From positions 1 through 31,081 of the forward strand of contig CANPXN010000031.1 of assembly GCA_947586185.1 (NCBI GenBank): 31,081 nt of DNA. The letters are read 5' to 3'. Under the pieces are notes generated by a model that was given only the letters and a program-made list of their open reading frames with translations, made no database searches and was not told where the DNA came from. This document shows positions 26,224-31,081 of this stretch, piece after piece. How positions within the stretch are numbered: position 1 is the stretch's first letter; each line of letters opens with the position of its first letter. The position numbers were made by a program, and so were the translations under genes. The DNA is from an uncultured Clostridia bacterium. GTDB lineage: Bacteria; Bacillota; Clostridia; Oscillospirales; Ruminococcaceae.

Positions 26224-26252
26224 ATTATAGCATATAAAATTCTGAGTGTCAA
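26224..26252 (-). promoter_or_regulatory. Consensus sigma-A promoter of the TetR-ABC operon
   Basis: Minus strand reads TTGACA (26252-26247), 17 nt, then TATAAT (26229-26224). Confidence 0.7.
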
Positions 26253-26430
26253 TAAAAAAGCCGTACACAACACGGAGATCAATTTTTGAAACACTATGCG
26301 GTGGACTCTGTCCCCCGCACCCCCTGCTAAAGGGACAAAGTCCCTTTAAGGGACGAAAATAAAATTGGAAGTGAACTAAAAAACTTTTTCTTAACAGAGA
26401 TATGGGGATAGAGTACAACAAATTTTTAAA
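26226..26430. repeat. Intergenic direct repeat, copy 2 (paired with 23526-23757)
   Basis: See copy 1. Both copies are in the same orientation, and each carries a promoter at the equivalent position. Confidence 0.85.
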
Positions 26431-26455
26431 AATTAATTTTCGTGGGTATACAATT

Positions 26456-26484
26456 AGAGCCGTATACGTTTTGTATACGGCTCT
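26456..26484 (-). terminator. Terminator-like hairpin after the LRR gene
   Basis: A perfect 12-bp stem (agagccgtatac / gtatacggctct) with a 5-nt loop lies 7 nt after the stop at 26491. The T-tract is weak. Confidence 0.45.
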
Positions 26485-26490
26485 GATTTG

Positions 26491-27828
26491 TTAATATTCA
26501 CTTTTCTTCTTGACAAGAACCACAATGAAAACAACAATACCTGCAAGGACTACTGCACCGATGATACAGCCTATAACTATAGGACTTATCTCGATTCCGT
26601 CCAGGGAGTGAAAATCAATATCGTTTTTGTCGGCATATGTTTTAGCGGCAGTCGCTTTATAGCCTGTTATTTCAAAATCCTTATACTTGAAATAATTTCC
26701 GTTTTTGTCGTCGAAATATCCTAAACAGTTGTCGTTAAGTCTTGCAACGCCTGACGGTATCGTGATCTTTCTTATTCCACAGTTCAGAAACGCATATTCG
26801 TATATCGTCTGGACTGTATTCGGTATCTCGATATTTTTAAGGGCTTCACAGTCACAGAACATACTCTCTGAAATGTAATTGAGAGTTGACGGAATGTTTA
26901 CATCTGTAAGGGAGGTACAGTTTGAGAATACTGCGCTTCCCACATAGACTATGCCCTCGGGCATAACGACCTTTTTAAGATAGGGATTTGCAAAGAATAC
27001 GGCATCTCCAAGGGTTGTAATTCCCTCAGGGATCGTGTAGCTTTCAACATCCCTTCCTGCGCCGTAGAAATACATGGTTTTCTTATCCTTTGAAAACATT
27101 ATTCCGTGGTCGTCGCTGTAGATCTCGTTTCCGTCGGCAACGTTTACGTCCTTTAGGTTTTTGCTGCCAAGGAATGCAAGAGTGCCAAGATCCGTCAGAG
27201 TGGAGGGAATGGTCACGGATTCAAGGGTATCGCAGTAATAAAGCGCCATTGAACCCATAGTCGTTACCCCCTCAGGGATCACAAACTCTGCCGGAACACC
27301 TGAATATGAAAAAGCGTAGTTTCCTATTTCCGTAAGCCCCTTCGGAAGCGTAAGCCAGCTCATATCCTCAATTGATGTAAAGGCGTTGTTTCCGATCTTC
27401 TGCACTCCCTCCGGAATGCTGCACTGTGAAAGAACAGTACAAAGGGCAAAGCAGTTTTCGGGAATCTCCGTTACCTTTTCGGGAATATTTACAGTTGTAA
27501 GGGAAGAACATCCTGCAAAGGCTGAAACTCCAAGGGAAGTTATTGTTTCCGGAAGCTTTACGCTTATCAGGCTTTCATGCTCTGCGAATGCGTTTTCGTC
27601 TATTCCGGTAACGGGATGACCGTCAATTTCCTCCGGAACCTCCACAGAAGAGGCGTCCTCCGAACAGCCGGAAATAAAGGCGTTTTCGCTTACTATCCTG
27701 TATGTAACATCGCCTTCGGTAATAGTCTGTCCCTGTTCCTCAGCGCATGCCGGCGAAAATGGCAGAATTACTGTAAGCACTGCGGCCGCCGTAATAGCTG
27801 CGGCTTTAAATATCCTCTTTGTTTTCAT
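26491..27828 (-). CDS. BspA-type leucine-rich-repeat surface protein with signal peptide and C-terminal TM anchor
   Basis: The signal peptide is MKTKRIFKAAAITAAAVLTVILPFSPACA. Repeated ~23-aa units of the type IPEGVT.IG..AF..C..L..V.IP follow. The C-terminus has a hydrophobic helix plus KKKSEY. Confidence 0.8.
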   Translation of the reverse strand: MKTKRIFKAAAITAAAVLTVILPFSPACAEEQGQTITEGDVTYRIVSENAFISGCSEDASSVEVPEEIDGHPVTGIDENAFAEHESLISVKLPETITSLGVSAFAGCSSLTTVNIPEKVTEIPENCFALCTVLSQCSIPEGVQKIGNNAFTSIEDMSWLTLPKGLTEIGNYAFSYSGVPAEFVIPEGVTTMGSMALYYCDTLESVTIPSTLTDLGTLAFLGSKNLKDVNVADGNEIYSDDHGIMFSKDKKTMYFYGAGRDVESYTIPEGITTLGDAVFFANPYLKKVVMPEGIVYVGSAVFSNCTSLTDVNIPSTLNYISESMFCDCEALKNIEIPNTVQTIYEYAFLNCGIRKITIPSGVARLNDNCLGYFDDKNGNYFKYKDFEITGYKATAAKTYADKNDIDFHSLDGIEISPIVIGCIIGAVVLAGIVVFIVVLVKKKSEY

Positions 27829-29095
27829 CTGATTCCTCCAAATTATCTTCCCCTGTTTCCTCTAAAAGATCATAGAGGTCCTGCTTTATTTCCTCAGAGG
27901 ACTTAGCCGTCTTTTTGACAGGCTTATCCTTATTTTTCTTTTTAACGGCAATAACGATTATAATAATGGCTGCCCCTGCGATAACCGCTGCTCCCGCACA
28001 GATGAGAACGATCTGCCATGTTTTAATGCCCTTCTCCTTATCCTTATCCTTTTCCTCATCGCCGGATGTAGAAAGGTCATGAGCTACAAAGGTCAGCTCG
28101 TTTTCCGAGGCGTATGTCTGAGCATAGCTGCCCTTATAGCCATAGATAGTAAAGGAGGAATTTTTAACAAACTGGTCGTTTTCATCAACGTTGTAGCCAA
28201 AAGCGCTGTAACCGATACCAGTGATAGTTGCCGGAATATCTACGCTTTTCATTGCCGTTGCCGCAAAGCAAGCCTGTCCTATGGAATTTAGGTATTGCGG
28301 CCACTGGATTTCCGAAAGGCTTTTGCACTGATAAAACACAGAGTCGCCCAGTGTGGTAAGGTTTGCAGGAAGCTTTACATTGGAAAGAGCAGTGCAGCCG
28401 GCAAAGGTTGACTGATCAAGGCTTGTTATGTTATCCGGCAGCTCTATGCTCTCAAGAGCCGTACATTCTGCAAAGCAGTATCTTCCGATAAAGGTAAGGT
28501 CCTTCGGCAAAGTTATGCTTTTAAGCTTTGAGCACATTGCAAAAGCACTTGCGGAAATACCCTGAACAGTATCCGGAACGGTATAGCTTTCAGGGTTAAG
28601 CCCTGTTGGATAGGCAACGATAGTGAGGTCGTCCTTTCCCATAAGTATTCCGTTTTCTGCTTTGTATATCTTGTTTTTGTCGCTTACCTTAAATTCAGTA
28701 AGAGAGGTACAGCCGTAAAAAGAATAATAGCCGAAATATTCAACGCTTTCGGGGATAGCTATGGATTTAATATTGGTTTTCATAAAAAAGGTTCTGTCCC
28801 CAAGCTCTGAAACCTTGATGCCGTCGATTTTTCCAGGTACTTCGACTTTTGTATCCTTTCCCAGATACTCCTCCAGTACTGCGCATTTATTTCCGTCCTC
28901 ATCGGTTGAGGTTTTATATGTATACTGGCCGTCCTCACTGGTAATAAGATCATTGTCGGTTATTTCGACTTCGTCATAGCTGTAGTCGTCGTTCCATGGA
29001 TCATATTCGCTTTCTTCAGCTGAGGCATAAGTAAAAGGGATGCTGAAAGCGATAATACCTGAGCAGAAAAGCGCAAGCAGTTTGTTTATTTTCAT
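27806..29095 (-). CDS. BspA-type leucine-rich-repeat surface protein (paralogue) with signal peptide, C-terminal TM anchor and acidic tail
   Basis: The start at 29095 (MKINKLLALFCSG...) has a GGAGGA RBS. It uses the same LRR unit type (LP..LT.IG...F..C..L.SI.LP). The 3' end overlaps the next gene by 23 nt. Confidence 0.8.
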   Translation of the reverse strand: MKINKLLALFCSGIIAFSIPFTYASAEESEYDPWNDDYSYDEVEITDNDLITSEDGQYTYKTSTDEDGNKCAVLEEYLGKDTKVEVPGKIDGIKVSELGDRTFFMKTNIKSIAIPESVEYFGYYSFYGCTSLTEFKVSDKNKIYKAENGILMGKDDLTIVAYPTGLNPESYTVPDTVQGISASAFAMCSKLKSITLPKDLTFIGRYCFAECTALESIELPDNITSLDQSTFAGCTALSNVKLPANLTTLGDSVFYQCKSLSEIQWPQYLNSIGQACFAATAMKSVDIPATITGIGYSAFGYNVDENDQFVKNSSFTIYGYKGSYAQTYASENELTFVAHDLSTSGDEEKDKDKEKGIKTWQIVLICAGAAVIAGAAIIIIVIAVKKKNKDKPVKKTAKSSEEIKQDLYDLLEETGEDNLEESDENKEDI

Positions 29096-29260
29096 TTTAT
29101 CCTCCGGTAATTGGTTTGTTTTATAACCGACGCTTATGTCCTCCGCCTCCATAGGCGGAGAGCGTCTTTAGATTCAGCAGATGTACGATCTCCTACTGGA
29201 TCACAGCTTGATATCCCAAGCCGTCTGCTTGTTGAAAGCATAGCTTTGAAGGTCAGTTTC

Positions 29261-31081
29261 TTATTCAACAGTAACGGACTTTGCAAGGTTTCTTGGCTTA
29301 TCAACATCGTTTCCTCTCAGCACCGACGTATAGTATGCAATGAGCTGGAGCGGAACTACCGCCGTCATAGGCATTAGTATATCGTCAATATCCGGCAGAC
29401 CGAACTTGTAATCCGCAACGTCCTTTTCAGGCTCATAGCCGTTTCTGCATACGATAACCACCTTAGCGCCCCTTGCCTTAACCTCTTTGATATTGCTTAT
29501 TGTCTTGTCGAACAAAGCAGTCTGTGTGGCAACTGCGATAACGGGCATACCGTCGGAAATAAGGGAGATCGTGCCGTGTTTAAGCTCTCCTGCTGCATAG
29601 GATTCCGAGTGGATATATGATATTTCCTTGAGCTTTAATGAACCCTCCATACTAAGGGCATAGTCAAGGCCTCTTCCTATATAGAGCAGGCTATCGGCTG
29701 TGATAAGCTTTGAGGCTATGTACTGAGCCTGTTTCTTTTCTTCAAGAATCTTTTCGATAAGCTCAGGGGTACTCTGTAAGAGAGCGGTGAGCTGTCTGCA
29801 CTGAGATTCGTCGATCGCTCCTGAGGCAAGGGCAAGCTCAAATGCCAGCAGATACATTACAGCGATCTGTACCATGTATGCCTTTGTGGAGGCAACTGCT
29901 ATCTCCGGACCTGCATGGGTGTAAATAAGCATATCCGCTTCACGGGCAATGGAGCTGCCCTTGGCGTTTACGATTGCAAGAGTCTGAGCACCCAGCTTTT
30001 TGGAAAGGCGCATAGCCGCAAGACTGTCTGCGGTTTCTCCGGACTGGGAGATTATTATTACAAGGTCCTTGTCAGTCAGCAGAGGGTCCCTGTACCTGAA
30101 TTCCGATGCGATATCCACAACCACCGGGACTCTTGCAAGCTTTTCTATAACGTATTTGCCAACCATTCCGGCATGCATGGCAGTGCCGCAGGCTACAATA
30201 TAGATCTTGTCGAAACTCTTGAGTTTTTCAGGAGTTATGCCGCATTCCTCAAGGCATGGAAGACCGTCGCTGATTCTTGGGGCAATAGTCTTTTTGATTG
30301 ACTCCGGCTGTTCGTGGATCTCCTTTAGCATAAAATGCTCAAAGCCGCCCTTTTCGGCAGCGTCCATATCCCAGTCGGCGGTTTTAAGCTCCTTTTCGAT
30401 CTCGCGCTTATGTATATCATAAAATTTTACGCCGTTGCGGTTGAGCATAGCAACTTCACCATGCTCTAAAAGGTAGTAGTCCTTTGTGTATTTAAGTATA
30501 GCCGGAACGTCGGAGGCAATAAAGCTTTCGCCCTCTCCCTTACCGATAATGAGCGGACTTTCCATTCTGACAGCATAAACCGTATCCGGAAAGTCTGCAA
30601 AGACGATTCCTAAAGCGTAGGAGCCTTCAAGCTCATGAACCGTTTTGATAATGGTTTCAAGAGGATTGCCGTCATAGTAGTAGTCAAGAAGCTGCGCTAC
30701 GACTTCGGTATCCGTTTCGCTTAAAAAGTTTTTGCCCTGCTTTACAAGGAAGTCCTTTAGCTTCTTATAATTTTCGATTATTCCGTTATGGACGATAGTA
30801 ACTCTCTTTCCGCTGTGAGGGTGTGAGTTAATATCGGACGGCTCTCCGTGGGTTGCCCATCTTGTATGACCGATACCGGCATGCCCCTGAGGTCTGCCCT
30901 CGGTTTCCATTTTGTTTTCCAAATCCTTGAGGCGTCCTTTGGATTTTGCAACGGAGATTTTTCCATTATCAAAAACAGCTATACCAGCCGAGTCATAGCC
31001 TCTGTATTCAAGCTTAGAAAGGGCGTCGATCAGTACATCCGTACAGTCACGGGGTCCTACATATCCAACTATTCCACACAT
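29261..31081 (-). CDS. glmS: Glutamine--fructose-6-phosphate aminotransferase (isomerizing)
   Basis: The 606-aa ORF has the MCGIVGY N-terminal nucleophile, SIS-domain motifs and the C-terminus DKPRNLAKSVTVE. The ATG is the last triplet of the window. Confidence 0.95.
   Translation of the reverse strand: MCGIVGYVGPRDCTDVLIDALSKLEYRGYDSAGIAVFDNGKISVAKSKGRLKDLENKMETEGRPQGHAGIGHTRWATHGEPSDINSHPHSGKRVTIVHNGIIENYKKLKDFLVKQGKNFLSETDTEVVAQLLDYYYDGNPLETIIKTVHELEGSYALGIVFADFPDTVYAVRMESPLIIGKGEGESFIASDVPAILKYTKDYYLLEHGEVAMLNRNGVKFYDIHKREIEKELKTADWDMDAAEKGGFEHFMLKEIHEQPESIKKTIAPRISDGLPCLEECGITPEKLKSFDKIYIVACGTAMHAGMVGKYVIEKLARVPVVVDIASEFRYRDPLLTDKDLVIIISQSGETADSLAAMRLSKKLGAQTLAIVNAKGSSIAREADMLIYTHAGPEIAVASTKAYMVQIAVMYLLAFELALASGAIDESQCRQLTALLQSTPELIEKILEEKKQAQYIASKLITADSLLYIGRGLDYALSMEGSLKLKEISYIHSESYAAGELKHGTISLISDGMPVIAVATQTALFDKTISNIKEVKARGAKVVIVCRNGYEPEKDVADYKFGLPDIDDILMPMTAVVPLQLIAYYTSVLRGNDVDKPRNLAKSVTVE

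Noticed and set aside
31000-31081. glmS ribozyme
   Set aside because: The ribozyme would lie in the 5' leader of glmS, beyond coordinate 31081. It is outside the window and cannot be assessed.

Overview
This 31-kb window appears to come from a spore-forming, fibre-degrading Clostridia genome. That is an inference from gpr, a SleC-like cortex-lytic enzyme, GH94 cellobiose phosphorylase and BspA-type LRR surface proteins; it looks Ruminococcaceae/Oscillospiraceae-like. Housekeeping genes, mostly on the minus strand: cellobiose phosphorylase, aldose 1-epimerase, a membrane metallophosphoesterase, a plus-strand SleC-like/peptidoglycan-binding trio, rpsT, gpr (plus strand), a heptad-repeat coiled-coil gene, a TetR + ABC ATPase + FtsX permease operon, two tandem LRR surface proteins and glmS. 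Four things stand out. (1) feoB is cut in two by a ~9.8-kb AT-rich integrative/mobilizable element (about 11798-21577). The element has a large serine recombinase at one end, a replication-relaxation + type IV coupling protein + M48 peptidase operon, and an operon of unknown secreted/membrane proteins. (2) Inside that element, a tyrosine recombinase gene is bracketed by two lox/FRT-like 10-7-10 sites in inverted orientation, which suggests a self-contained DNA inversion switch. (3) Three copies (one truncated) of a 0.85-0.95-kb non-coding element sit in intergenic regions. They have covarying stems, long terminal inverted repeats and phased arrays of mini-hairpins, so this is either a large structured RNA or a non-autonomous mobile element that I cannot assign to a known family. 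(4) A ~200-bp direct repeat carrying near-consensus promoters brackets the TetR/ABC cassette. No rRNA, tRNA or CRISPR array was seen.
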